The translations under genes and the position numbers were made by a program. From positions 14,324,001 to 14,388,000 of the forward strand of contig CM097885.1 in the NCBI GenBank assembly GCA_044892525.1: a DNA stretch of 64,000 bases, read 5' to 3'. Below, one piece after another: positions 43,701-57,598 of this stretch. The notes beneath the pieces were generated by a model, which worked only from the letters and a program-made list of their open reading frames with translations, had not been told where the DNA came from and searched no databases. The stretch is from Schmidtea polychroa. Taxonomy: Eukaryota. Positions within the stretch are counted from its first letter, which is position 1, and each line of letters begins with the position of its first letter.

Positions 43701-45760
43701 GTTGTGATTAATCCATTGTATTTTAATTTAGATTTATGTTTTAGAATAATTTTTTATTAAATTTTCTTTTAATTATCCAGGGTTTTATTAAGTAGTGTTA
43801 ATGACCGATTTACTTGGTTTTGACAATGAAATCTTTATAGATAATTTGGATTGATATCAACTTTAAATTATTTTTATCTTTATTTAGACGGACAACGACA
43901 AAAGTTGACCATTTGAAGAAATATATTTTATTGAATGGATAAATTTAATCTTTCAATGGGACCTAGTCAGTTATATTTATTTTAAATTTCGAGTACAGTG
44001 ATTAACGAAAATTTAATTATAACCGGTTTATTTAGGGTTAATGATTTTACATGTTTTATAGGGAAATATTCGTGATAATAGGAAATAAAGTTAGAATTAT
44101 AGTCATTTAAGGGGGATTTTAAGCAATCTTATTAGTCTGAGGCAAATATATAACCTTTTAAGGATATTTATCGATAAAATACTAATCTTTAAAGTTAGAG
44201 TTATTTCAGGGAAATTTGATGGTTTTTAGATGATTTTAGTAAAATATTTGTAATAATATGAATTAAGGGTCGAAATATAGTCATTTAAGGGATTTTAAGG
44301 AATCTTGTAAGTTTGAGGTAAATATATGATCTTTAACAATTATTTATCATTAAAATACCAATCTTTAAATATTGATATATTTGGGGAGAAAATAATTCTT
44401 TTTAGATGATTTTATTGGAGAATTCACTTGGATATACCAATTATTGTCATTTAAATGAATTTACTGGTTTGTTAGATGTTATCATTAGTTATCTAGTCTC
44501 TTGGAATTTAATGATAATTATTTTTATTGTAGATTGCTGACTTTGATAATGGTAATGAATTTATACTGATTTTTTTGAATATTTTGAGCAATCAGTCAAT
44601 CAATTTGAGTACATGTATTACTTTTAAAAAAATAATTAAAATTAATTTTATTTCAATTAATTTATTCAATCTAAATCAATTATCTACTAGATATTATTTA
44701 TTAACTTAGTCGATCCATATTAACTTGAATGATCAGTATTTTTTTTTATTTACTGGATGATTAGAATTTTTTCTTGTCCATTAATTAAATTTTTATGATA
44801 TTTATTTTGAATAATTTAAATTTTTACAATTATTTAATCTATTTTTATCAAGTTATTGATGCCTTGAGTTCAAATAATTTTTCATCCAATTTTTCAAGTG
44901 AAGAGTATTTGCTTTTAAAGATCAATTTGTTAGTACATAGTTGTTGGTTGTAAGTAGTTGGTTGACTTTTTAGATTTTGATAAGAAGATAGTGTATGTGA
45001 TGAAGAGTATTTTGTATTTAATTGCTATTATTTTTATGTGTTGTTAGTTGATTGTTGGTACTAAGTTGTTGGTATCTTGTATTTGGTAGTTGGTACAGTG
45101 TTGTTTACTGATTGTTGTTATATAGTTGTAGGTTGATAATGCTTAGTACCTGGTTGTTAGTTGATTGTAAGTGTTTAGTATTTAGTTGTTTGAGACTTGG
45201 TTGTTAGTACTTCTTAGGTGGTTAATGGGTAGGTGGGGGGTTGAGAGTTAGCAATACCCTTACGACCTGTACCCTTAGGGGGTCAAGACATCCTGTCGGA
45301 TAAACTCAGAGTATATATAATAAAACTGATCAACAATAAGTATTTATTGAATGCGATTTTTACATTGCAATTAAAAAGTAATTAAAGTAATCAATTAAAA
45401 GAAAAATGTTTTGTAAATTAGAATTCATTAGTCTTTCATTGTAATTAAAATTATTTTGAATTCCACGTGGTGTTTTAAATTGATTGAGTTGTGGTTTTTT
45501 GATGAAAATCAACATTTTTGTTAAATTTAGACATTTTGAAAAGGTTTTTCTACTGATTGTAATTAAACATATTTTTGAAGACATATAAAAAATTAATTTA
45601 AAAAGCATTTCATAAAATACAATAAAGAATATTTAGTTGGTTGTTAGTACTTGGTTGTTTGAGAGTTAGTTAGTACGTGGTATCATGTTGTAAGTATTTG
45701 TTAGCACCTAGTTAAAAAATAATCAGTAACCGATTGTTGGTAACTGTTGAATTATTATTA

Positions 45761-45817
<57 letters not shown>

Positions 45818-48800
45818 TTATTATTCCATTAAAATTTCCATTAAAAATTAACTTAAAAAATATTTCATAATAATTTTCATTAAAAATTATCCTAAAAATT
45901 ATTTCATAAAAATTTTCATTAAAAAATTTCAATTCTCAAACACCTTCTATTTTTTGTTAATAAATTTAAAAATTTTAGTTTAATTTACTTATTACATTAC
46001 TTATTTAAAAATTATTACTTTAATTTACTCATTTAGCTTTAATTTAAAATTTAAACCATTGTTTCCTTTAATTTAAAATTTTGAACCTTAATTTACTTAT
46101 TTAAAATTTTTAACTTTAATTTACTTATCCTTAATTTGCCTATTTATCCTTAATTACTTAATTTTACACCATAATTTACTAAACAACTAATTATAACCCT
46201 TATTTTCATATTTAACCAATAATTTCATGTGGTCATCTGGTTGTAAGTGTTTGGTATCTAGTTGACAGTGCTTATTACTAGGTAAGTTACTTGGTTGTTA
46301 GTACTTGGTTGATAATGCTTAGTACCTGGTTGATGTTGGTTGTATGTACTTGGTATCTAGTTGTTAGTAACTAGTTGTAGGTAATTAATGCTTAGTACCT
46401 AGTTGTTGTCGGTTGTTAGTACATGGTAGATGGTAGCTAGTTGGTTGTAGGTACTTAGTAGTTGGTTGATAATGCTTAGTACCTGGTTGTTGTTGGTTGT
46501 TAGTATTTGGTAGCTAGTTGGTTGCATGTTTTTGGTTGTTAGTATCTAGTTGTAGGTACTTGGTATCAGGTAACTGATTGTTAGCTGGTTGCTTTTGGTT
46601 GTTAGTGCTTGGTAGGTGGTGGTTAGTTGTTAGCTGGTTGTTGTTGGTTGTAAGTACTTGGTAGGTGCTTAGTAGTTGGTAACTGGTTGTTAGTTCTTGG
46701 TATCTAGTACCTAGTTAGCTAGTTGTAGCTAGTTAATGGGTAGGTGGTAGCTAGTTGTTAGCTGGTTGTAGCTAGTTAATGGGTAGGTGTTTGTAGGTAC
46801 TTAGTAGTTGGTAACTGGTTGTTGGTATCTAGTTGTAGGTATCTGGTTGATGTTGGTTGTAGGTACTTAGTAGTTGGTTGTAGGTACTTAGTAGTTGGTA
46901 ATTAATGCTTAGTACCTGGTTGTTGTTGGTTGTTAGTACTTGTTAGGTGGTTGTTGGTAATTATTGCTTAGTACCTGGTTGTTGTTGGTTGTTAGTACTT
47001 GTTAGGTGGTTGTAGGTACTTGGTATCAGGTAACTGGTTGTTAGTAACTAGTTGTAGGTATCTGGTTGTAACTACATGTTCGTAAGTTACTGGTTGTTGG
47101 TACTAAGTTGTTGGTTTGTTGTTGAATTATTATTAAAATTTGTCATTGAAAAATATTTCATAAAAATTTCCATTAAAAATTAACTTAAAAAATTATTTCA
47201 TAAAAATTTTCATTAAAAAATTTCAATTCTCAAACACCTTCTATTATTTGTTAATAAATTTTAAAATCTTACTTTAATTTACTTATTACATTACTCATTT
47301 TTAAATTATTACTTTAATTTACTTATTTAAAATATTTTACCATTAATTACTTAATTTAAAAATTTGGACCTTAATTTACTTATTTAGAACCTTAATTAAC
47401 TTTAATTCAATTTTTAGACCCATAATTTACTTTAATTCAATTTTTTAGACCCATAATTTACTTTAATTCAAAAATTTGGACCATAATTTACTGTAATTCA
47501 AAATTTTTGACCATAATTTACTGTAATTTAATTTTTTAGGACCATAATTACCTTATTTGAAAAATTTGAACCTTAATTTACTGTAATTCAAAAATTTGGA
47601 CCATAATTTACTGTAATTGTAAATTTTGGACCATAATTAGCTGTAATTTAATTTTTTAGAACCATTATTTACTTTAATTGAAAAATCTGGACCATAATTT
47701 ACTGTAATTGAAAATTTTGGACCATTATTTACTGTAATTTAATTTTTTGGGACCATAATTTACTGTAATTGAAAAATTTGGACCATAATTTACTGTAATT
47801 CAAAAATTTACCACGTTTTTTTTTAGTTTAGACCACCTTTTTCTCAGGACCAAGGAGACCCACCTGAATTGACCTAGAAAAATCCATGTTTTTATATTGA
47901 GACCGCCTTTTTCTATTGAAAATTTTTTTTGTATTGAAAATCCCAGGACCATCGTTTTTGTATTGAAAAAAATTTTTTGTATTGAAAATCCCAGGACCAA
48001 AGAGACCCCCTCGCTATAGTCTGAAAAATTCCATGCTTTTTTAGTGGTAGTCGGATTTTTGTATTAAAAAAAATTTTTTGTATTGAAAATCCCAGGACCA
48101 CCTTTTTGTATTGAAAATATCCTGAGACCTTAAATTACCATGCTTTTTTATTGAGACCGCCTATTTGTATTGAAATTCTCAGGACCAATTAGACCCACCT
48201 GAATTGACCTAGAAAAATCCATGCTTTTTGTATTGAAATTCTCAGGACTAAGGAGACCCCCTCGCTATAGTCTGAAAAATTCCATGCTTTTTTAGTGGTA
48301 GTCGGATTTTTGTATTAAAAAAAATTTTTTGTATTGAAAATCCCAGGACCCCCTTTTTGTATTGAAAATATCCTGAGACCTTAAATTACCATGCTTTTTT
48401 ATTGAGACCGCCTATTTGTATTGAAATTCTCAGGACCAAGGAGACCCACCTGAATTGACCTAGAAAAATCCATGCTTTTTGTATTGAAATTCTCAGGACC
48501 AAGGAGACCCCCTCACTATAGTGTGATAAATCCTTGGCTTTTTTATTGAAGACCGCCTTTTTCTATTGAAAAATTTTTTTTTGTATTGAAATTCTCAGGA
48601 CCAAGGAGACCCCCTCACTATAGTGTGATAAATCCTTGGCTTTTTTATTGAAGACCGCCTTTTTCTATTGAAAATTTTTTTTTTGTATTGAAAATCCCAG
48701 GACCATCGAGACCCCCTCACTATAGTCTGAATAATCCATGCTTTTTTATTGAGACCGCCTTTTTGTATTGAAAATCCCAGGACCATCGAGACCCCCTCAC

Positions 48801-49598
48801 TATAGTTTGATAAAAAAAAAATTGGACCAAAAATCCCTGAACGCAAAAAATTTGAGTTGCCGCAATTGCGTAATCAAAAGTTGCCGCAAAAAAAAGGTAA
48901 TTGCGGCAGGGAGCTACTAACTACCTACTCAAAATAGTTAAATTCCCCCAAAATTAATTCAAATTCAAAAGTAAATTAAAGTGCAAAAATTACGAAAAAT
49001 CAAAATTTTAGTGCAAAATAATTAACTAATAAATTTATATTAATAATTAAATTTTATTTAAAATATTATCACATTAATACAGGGGAAAAGTTCTTAAAAT
49101 GTGAATTTCATATTTGTGTAGATTTAACAATGTCACGTGATGTAAAATAATTTTTTATTAATTTTTTATTAAACTTTATCAGATTGAAAATTAATTTATT
49201 TTTGTCTTTTAACTTATTCTGATTAATTATCTCGTGTTATTTTCATATTTATATAGTTTCAACAAGATGAGAGTATACCTATATCATCAAAGTAAAAGAA
49301 ATACATACATTGATTTTGTAATGACTTTAATATTAAGAAAAATTTTTAGAAAGCAAAAAATCCAAAAACCGTAAAATACAATACAATTAACTTTAAAAAT
49401 AATTATTTTGTAACAATTTTTTTTCGGATATTTAGCGCAAATCGAGCGCCTCTAACTTTTTGGAGCCCTTGGCAAATGCTAACTTAGCCCTAAGGAAGAG
49501 CTGGTGTGACCAATATGAAATAATAGGTTACGGATGATTACATTTTTATATATAAATAAGGTGTGTTAGATATACCTGAAGTCACGGATACTCTAGAT

Positions 49599-50095
49599 CA
49601 GGAATGTAGCTAGGGGCATTTACCACCTTCCCCTCAAGTAAATTTTAAAAAATTGAAGAAATTAAAATCAAACCGACTACTGCTGTAGATACATTAGCAA
49701 TATGTGATCCAATTTTTTATAAAAATATTTACATTCTTCGCATATTATTTGCTACTTTGCTGGTATCAACTTGTATATCATAGCGTTATTTTTCATCACT
49801 TAAAAACCTGAAGTCATATTTAAGAAATACTGTGGATGAAAAAAGGTTAAACGGTTTGGCTTTGTTATATATTCATCAAGACATTAATATAAGTCAGGAT
49901 GAAATACTTTCTGAATTATTGAAGAGACAAAGACGAATTAATATTAATATTGTAATATATTCTATGTAATATACATTGTTAATAATTAATAATAAATTTG
50001 TTAATTATCTTAAAATATTTTTTTCTAGTTTTCCGTGTCAACTTTTAATATTGCACGATGAATTCAACAATTAAGAAATCCAGGCTACATCCCTG
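49599..50095 (+). mobile_element. hAT deletion derivative retaining the dimerisation domain
   Basis: TIRs CAGGAATGTAGC and GCTACATCCCTG; degenerate TSD CTCTAGAT/CTTTAAAT. Translates FSSLKNLKSYLRNTVDEKRLNGLALLYIH. Confidence 0.85.
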
Positions 50096-50868
50096 CTTTA
50101 AATGGTTATCAAATAAGAACGCAATAACTATATGACCATGAAATAGCACAAAGAATGGGTTGAGAGGATATTAAATTAATTTTTAATTTTCCTTTTACCC
50201 TTGCAGGATTGTAATCACCTACCAAACCTTATGTATGACTGTTATCCTATTTAACAATTTTATTAGCTTGGTTGAGTCAAATCTTTTGATAGGAACGGAT
50301 TTTATTTCTGATTCCATGTACCCATTTATCCCTACTAACCGCTTTCCCTAGCAATTCGTATGGTCACTAAATGTTTGATTGTAAGCAAGGAGTGAGCTAA
50401 TATAATGAAACTGCAAAATCACTGACAATCCATGAGATTATGAAGGTTTTATTACCGATAGCAAGAAATTAATAGGAAATTAGAAAAATGTCCCAATATC
50501 AAGGATTGTCAGTGATGTCATTCACAAGGATAAATATTGAGAAGTAAGATTAACAGATTGAGAGGAAGGTTTTTTATATTTTGATTAACAGAATGATTTA
50601 TACACTATTGCAAATAATTCATACATTTGTTGAATGTACAGAATATGTGGGCTGACAAGTATGAGATGAATTTGATGAGGTGGGGGGGGGGGGGGGCAAA
50701 ACTTATGCTTGATGAATGAAATTGTGATAATATTAATTGACAAATTCGCATCGTTCTGAATTTTATTTAAATAATCTTTACAAATACAAAATAAAAATAA
50801 AAAAACAGAAAAATAATTTTATTGAAAATATCTCTCGCAATCTCCCTTCAGAAAACCTTTCCAACAAT

Positions 50869-51497
50869 CTACTGAAATGATTTACAACTCTTCAAGTATT
50901 CTGATGATAATTTCCCTGCTGCTTCCAATGCCTCGTACAGTCCATCACCGGAAACTGCACAACATGCCTGCAGATGCCATTTGTGAGTACGCTCCAGTTT
51001 CGATAATTCTAACCCTTCCACAATTCTACTTGGTGACATGGCATTTGGTAAATCTTGTTTGTTTGCAATCACCACTATTGGAATCTGAATCAATGTTAAA
51101 CATTTCAATTTCCTATCAAATCTAGATTTACATTTCTCATCTCGTCACATTCAGCAATCGTAAATAATTCATCTCTTGATTCCTTCAACCTTTCCACATC
51201 ATTGCTGTCCACTACATAAATCAATCCATGACAATTCGTATAGTAATGTCTCCATAACGGTCGAATCTTCTCTTGACCTCCCACATCCCAAATTGTGAAT
51301 TTCAAACCTTTCCCAATTGAAACTTCCTCTACATTGAATCCGATTGTTGGAATCGTTGTCACAGTTACATTGAGTTTCAATTTGTATAGAATTGTGGTTT
51401 TACCAGCAGCATCCAATCCCACCATTAGGATTCTCCTAGGATCAGATTGAGACAACTCGTTTAGCAATTTGTATAATCTACTCAAAAGTATTCCCAT
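50869..51497 (-). CDS. ARF/ARL-family small GTPase, copy 5 (193 aa; exons 51497-51132 and 51084-50869)
   Basis: Intact, same motifs and intron as the other copies. Confidence 0.95.
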
Positions 51498-51700
51498 TTA
51501 ATACAATAATAAAATCGAATAATAAAATCATAGAAAATATTGAATATTTATAGTGATTCTGAATTGCATCAAATTCTCCACCGTGGATTGAATGACAACG
51601 CGTTTCTAAAAATAGTAACAGAAATTTCAACATTTTCTGATTGGTCATTTAGAATAATTAATGCCATTCTATCACAGACTTAAACAATAGATTGATATCG

Positions 51701-51840
<140 letters not shown>

Positions 51841-52200
51841 ATAAAATTATTGGATTTAATTAAAAAATTAACCGATGCGGTTAATTAATTTCAAATTTTA
51901 TTTAAACTTAAAAGCAAATCTTATTTAATTAAGACAATTTCAGTAACTATAAATGCCTTGATAATGGTGTCAGAAATGCCTCAGTTTCTTCAGTTGAAGA
52001 TATGATGAAGTTAAAAATGCTATCAACCTATTAAACTACCGGCATAAAGATATTACTAGAACTTTTAAGATTTTCAAAAACCACTCAAATGGATATTTCA
52101 GTAGCAAACATCATCAGGTCAATAATAGAAGTAAATTTCTTAATTCAGTTGCTAGATCATCAAATCTTTAATATTGCAATTTCAGAATAATAATAATAAT

Positions 52201-52300
<100 letters not shown>

Positions 52301-52504
52301 CGTCATCAATCTATTGTTTAAGTCTGTGATAGAATGGCATTAATTATTCTAAATGACCAATCAGAAAATGTTGAAATTTCTGTTACTATTTTTAGAAACG
52401 CGTTGTCATTCAATCCACGGTGGAGAATTTGATGCAATTCAGAATCACTATAAATATTCAATCTTTTCTGTGATTTTTATTATTCGATTTTATTATTGTA
52501 TTAA

Positions 52505-53133
52505 ATGGGAATACTTTTGAGTAGATTATACGATTTGCTAAACGAGTTATCTCAATCTGATCCTCGGAGAATCCTAATGGTGGGATTGGATGCTGCTGGT
52601 AAAACCACAATTCTATACAAATTGAAACTCAATGAAACTGTGACAACGATTCCAACAATCGGATTCAATGTGGAGGAAGTTTCAATTGGGAAAGGTTTGA
52701 AATTCACAATTTGGGATGTGGGAGGTCAAGAGAAAATTCGACGGTTATGGAGACATTACTATACGAATTGTCATGGATTGATTTATGTAGTGGACAGCAA
52801 TGATGTGGAAAGGTTGAAGGAATCAAGAGATGAATTATTTACGATTGCTGAATGTGACGAGATGAGAAATGTAAATCTAGATTTGATAGGAAATTGAAAT
52901 GTTTAACATTGATTTAGATTCCAATAGTGGTGATTGCAAACAAACAAGATTTACCAAATGCCATGTCACCAAGTAGAATTGTGGAAGGGTTAGAATTATC
53001 GAAACTGGAGCGCACTCACAAATGGCACCTGCAAGCATGTTGTGCAGTTTCCGGTGATGGACTGTACGAGGCATTGGAAGCAGCAGGGAAATTATCATCA
53101 GAATATTTGAAGAATTGTAAATCATTTCGGTAG
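52505..53133 (+). CDS. ARF/ARL-family small GTPase, copy 6 (193 aa; exons 52505-52870 and 52918-53133)
   Basis: Intact, 47-bp GT...TAG intron. Confidence 0.95.
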
Positions 53134-53775
53134 ATTGTTGGAAAGGTTTTCTGAAGGGAGATTGCGAGACATATTTTCAATAAAATTATTTTTCTGTTTT
53201 TTTATTTTTATTTTGTATTTGTAAAGATTATTTAAATAAAATTCAGAACGATGCGAATTTGTCAATTAATATTATCACAATTTTATTCATCAAGCATAAT
53301 TATTGTAATAAATTGAGTAGAAATATGACAACATGACACGGTTAGAATCTTAAGAATTTCTTACGGGGATCCGAATGATACCCTGTCAATTCAATATATT
53401 TTTGGGTCATGTAATCAAAAACAAAACGATGAGGCCAGACCCTGATTTTTCGGAGGCTCTAATGAGCTCTCAACGCCAACATGAAATCTAGATTTACATT
53501 TCTCATCTCGTCACATTCAACAATCGTGATCTGGTATGACATATTGTATGAAATTACCAACCTAAGCAAAGTTATGCCAAACAATCTAAAATTAGGACCA
53601 AGGGCAACATTACCCCAAGTACGGCTTAAGCGAAAACGACGGTTTTTGCCATATGAAGGAAATGATTTACCCCTGTATGGATAAGCCAGATATAAACTCG
53701 AGATTTTATTGCAATAAATACAGTCCAAACTGTCAGGAAACTGCCTTCCTTCGTCTAGTACTCATCAATATATAT

Positions 53776-56700
53776 TGTTAAGAGGTTCCTACTATATTTG
53801 TTTTATATTATATGTATTCTGCTTGTGCTTATGTTCGCGAATGCTGTAAGAAATATGTTAGTACCCAGCCGATTCTCCAGTTAATAAACTGTCTCGGGAC
53901 AGCTGGGGTGAATGTATGTAGGAATGTATAAAAATACAATAATAAATTAACAATAACGGGTACCAAGCAATAAGAACCTTTATTTAAATAATAAAAAAAC
54001 AGTTGACTTACCAAAATTTTAATGAGCAATCATGAAGGGAATTGGAGAAGGAATCATCTTCTTAGTTTTGTAATTTTTATAATTTCCATAATATTCATAA
54101 CAATTTGTAACAATCATATAATTTCATCGTAATTGATTTTTTTCTTTTTGTCGATAGTTGTATAGCGATAATTTACCATAGCAAATTATCGCTATATAGT
54201 ATTTTTTATTCGTTTGCCATTGCGGCCTACACTCGATAAGATGATAAGGCGTCGCAAAACCTTGTTTAAAAATAAATAAAATATATAACAGTACATTACA
54301 CAACTTCCCCCTTTAAAACCGGAGGTTAACATGGATTAATAAAAAGTAACATAAAAAATTACATTCAATAACCTTTTTTTTAGTATGTTTTATATGTTTT
54401 TATGTATTTTGTTTCTGTGTCTTTGTATCTACAAACTGGATAAAACAAAAAATTTACAATTTACTCTATATTTACAACGAAATTGGTAAAAAAACTGTAC
54501 AATTGGTATTGTTTGTGCGTGTGTTTTTTGTGTTGGTGTTTTAATTAAGGCAATCGCTGTATTGTTTTTTGTATAGGGGTGTGATTATTGTATCTTTGTC
54601 AAATAGAGTGATTGAGTTTTTGTGGTTAAATGTGATGTTTTTGTGAATTGGTTGTGTTTTCGTTTGTATTTGTGTTTTGTTTTCTGGTGTATTGTTTTGT
54701 GGGTTTTCGTTCTGGTGATAGGGTTTTATTCGTCTTATGTTTATTTTAATTTTGTTGTTGTTTTTGATTATTGTGGCGACGTTTTTGTTAATTTCTAGGA
54801 GTTTGAATGGACCTTCGTATTTGGATTCGAATCCTTTTGTGAATGGTTTTTTTATTAGGATGAAATCTGTTGTTAGTACTGTTTTTCCATCCAATTCAGA
54901 GTCCGGTTTCCTCTTTAAAATTCCTATTGGTTTCTGTTCAGTGATTTCTTTATTTTTGTTTGTTATTTGTTTGAAGTTTTCGGTGTTTTTATTTGTATCT
55001 GATTTAAGTGATGGCAAGTTTGCTGCTTTTCCGAAAACCTTGTATGCTGGACTTTCATTATCTACTGAGTTAGAGCAATTTCTCAGTCCGATTAGTATTG
55101 TGGGTAGTTGATTTAACCAGTTTTGGTCATTGGCTTTTGTTCTGATGCTTTCTTTTAATGTTCTGTGAAACCGTTCAATTTTCCCGTTTGATTGTGGATT
55201 GTACGCTGTTGTTCGGTTCCTTTTGATGTTGTATTTGTTTTAGAGTATTTTGAACATTTCTGATTCGAACTGTCTGCCTTGGTCAGTTATGATTGTTTTC
55301 GGTTGGCCATAACGAGCTATCCAATTTAATTCGATCATTTCACAGATATTTTTTGAGCTGATTTCTCTTATTGGGATTACTTCAAACCAGTTGGATTTCC
55401 TGTCTATAATTGTCAGCAGGTATTTGAAGTTGTCGTTTGGTGGTAGTGGTCCTACCACACCTGTGTGTATCGTTTCAAAAACTTCGCTGCTTGGGAAGTT
55501 TACTTTTTGTGTTTTGAGTTTTTTTTAGTTGACAGCTGTGACAACTTTTGACATAGTTTTTGATATCTTTCCGCATGTTAAGCCATATATAGTTGTTATC
55601 TATTAACTCGAATGTTACTTTGTTTCCCGGGTGATTAATTATGTGTATCTTTTCGATACAGTTTTGGCGGAATTCCTCCGGGAGTAATATTTGTTTGTTG
55701 CTTTCGTTGGAGATGTCGTGCTATACTCCGCTGAGTTCTTATAGTTTCAAACTGTGTTTAGTGGGGAGTTTGTTAATTGTTTCGTTTTGTTTGGATTTAA
55801 TTTGGTCTAATTCGATTATCTCTTCGAAATCTAGTGAGTTTATGTCACTTTCATTTCTTGATAAAGCGTCCGCTGCTATGTTTGATTTTCCCGCTACGTA
55901 GTTTATTGTGCAGTTGAATTGTGAAATGAAGTTGATTTGTCTGATCTGCCTTGGTGAGGGATTCTTCATTTCGAATGCGTTAGTTATCGGTTTGTGATCT
56001 GTAAATATTTTGAAGTTTCGTCCTTCGAGTAAATGTTGGAAGTGTTTGATTGCTTTTATTGGAGTTCTCTGTCGAATGTTGAGTATCTTGTTTGGTGTGA
56101 CTTTAGTTTTTTAGAGAAGAATCCTAGTGGTTGTTTGCCGTATTTGTTTACCTGGAAAATTGTTGCGCCCATTGCAAAACCTGAACAGTCTGTCGTTAGT
56201 TGGTAATCTAGCTCTGGATCTGGGTAACCGAGTAATGTTGCCGTTGAAAGACTTTCTTTGGCATTCTCGAAAGTATCGGTTGTTTGTTGTGTCCAGTTTA
56301 TTGTGACATTCCGTTTTGTTTTGATGTCATTTAGTGGTGCTAGTAATTTACTGCAGTTTGGGATATAAGAATGGTAAAAGTTTACCATTCCTAGAAATCT
56401 CCTCAGCTCTCTTGTGTTTTTCGGCAGTTTGTAATTTTTTATGCTGTTTATTTTGTTTTCAATTGGTTGTGTTCCTTTGTCGTCCAGCGTGTGACCAAGG
56501 AAATTTATTTCAGCTTTCATGAATTCACATTTTTGTATGTTTATTTTCAATTTTGATTTTTTCAGCGTTTCGAATACTTTTTCGACGTCTTTTAGGTGTG
56601 TTTCTTTGTCTGGGCTAGTTATTAGGATGTCGTCTAGATAAGCGATTGTGTTTTTATTTTTTTTCAATCTTTCAGCGTTCCCATCAAATCAATCCCTTTA

Positions 56701-57598
56701 TCCTCCACATTTGCAATACAATCTCTCGTCGTTACAACAACAAATGCCATTGAATATCAACAATTCGTGTTTCGCTAATGACTCCAATTGCGTCAGTCCT
56801 GGTATCGAAAAATGAAGACCGAATGCCTAAATAATATCCAAAGCTCAATTTTCAATTCAGCATCGTTATCACTAACTGAAGCTGATATAAAAGTTTCTAG
56901 CAATTTGACATCTCCAACATCAGTTTTTTCATCAAATACTGGTCTCAATAACAACAACAATAACAGTAACAACAGCACTAATAAATCATCAATATTGAAT
57001 CAGAATTCTTCTGGTCCCATCAATGCATCGTCAGCGTCCAATCAGGTTACCATATCCGCAATTACTGCCCATTCCCAGTCCACGAATATCAATCAATCAG
57101 ACAAACCCATTATAGACCCGTTGACAAGCAGTAGTCTTAGCAACACATGCATCTCCACAAGTAGTTATCCCACTTCTGACACCAGTTATGTTAAGAGGTT
57201 CCTATTATATTTGTGCTTATTATATGTATTATGCTTGTGCTTATGTTCGTGAATGCTGTAAGAAATATGTTAGTACCCAGCCGAGTCTCCAGTAAATAAA
57301 CTGTCTCGGGACAGCTGGGGTGATTGTATGTAGGAATGTATAAAAATACAATAATAAATTAACAGTAACGGGTACCAAAACAATAACAACTTTTATTTAA
57401 ATAATAAAAAAACAGTTGACGTACCAAAATCTTAATAAGCAATCATGAAGGGAATTGTAGAAGGAATCATCTTCTTAGTTTTGTAATTTTTATAAATTCC
57501 ATAATCTTCATAACGACTTGTAACAATCATATAATTTCATCGTAATTGATTATTTTCTTTTTGTCGATATTTGTATAACGATAATTTACCATAGTAAA
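53776..57598 (-). mobile_element. Ty3/Gypsy LTR retrotransposon lacking gag and protease
   Basis: LTRs 53776-~54302 and 57189-~57598 (truncated). PBS TGGTGTCAGAAGTGGGAT (tRNA-Leu-like) at 57184-57167. PPT AAAGGGGGAAG at ~54304-54314. RT C-terminal half (YLDD), RNase H and integrase (TDQGRQFES, YEGPF) fragments at 54541-56667. Confidence 0.93.
56670..57166 (+). pseudogene. Host-like S/N/Q-rich coding fragment inside the Gypsy, antisense to it
   Basis: SAFPSNQSLYPPHLQYNLSSLQQQMPLNINNSC...PGIEK / MKTECLNNIQSSIF...NNNNNNSNNSTNKSS..., open for ~165 codons allowing one frameshift. Confidence 0.5.

Larger units (their letters stand above)
36814..48929. mobile_element. 12.1-kb non-coding fold-back element, Maverick/Polinton-like non-autonomous
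   Basis: Termini AGTAGGTAGTTAG and CTAACTACCTACT. CAAAAT duplicated at 36808-36813 and 48930-48935. Inverted arms ~36814-41636 and ~44265-48929. Empty site at ~59374-59379. No credible ORF. Confidence 0.85.

Noticed and set aside
48505..48525. CCCTCACTATAG resembling T7/T3 promoter or vector sequence
   Set aside because: Only a partial match, recurring as a mutating unit of the native repeat, with no other vector sequence.
47830..48810. CRISPR-like repeat/spacer appearance (GGACCAAGGAGACCCC...)
   Set aside because: The intervening sequences are themselves repeats, the context is eukaryotic and there are no cas genes. It is the subterminal array of the fold-back element.
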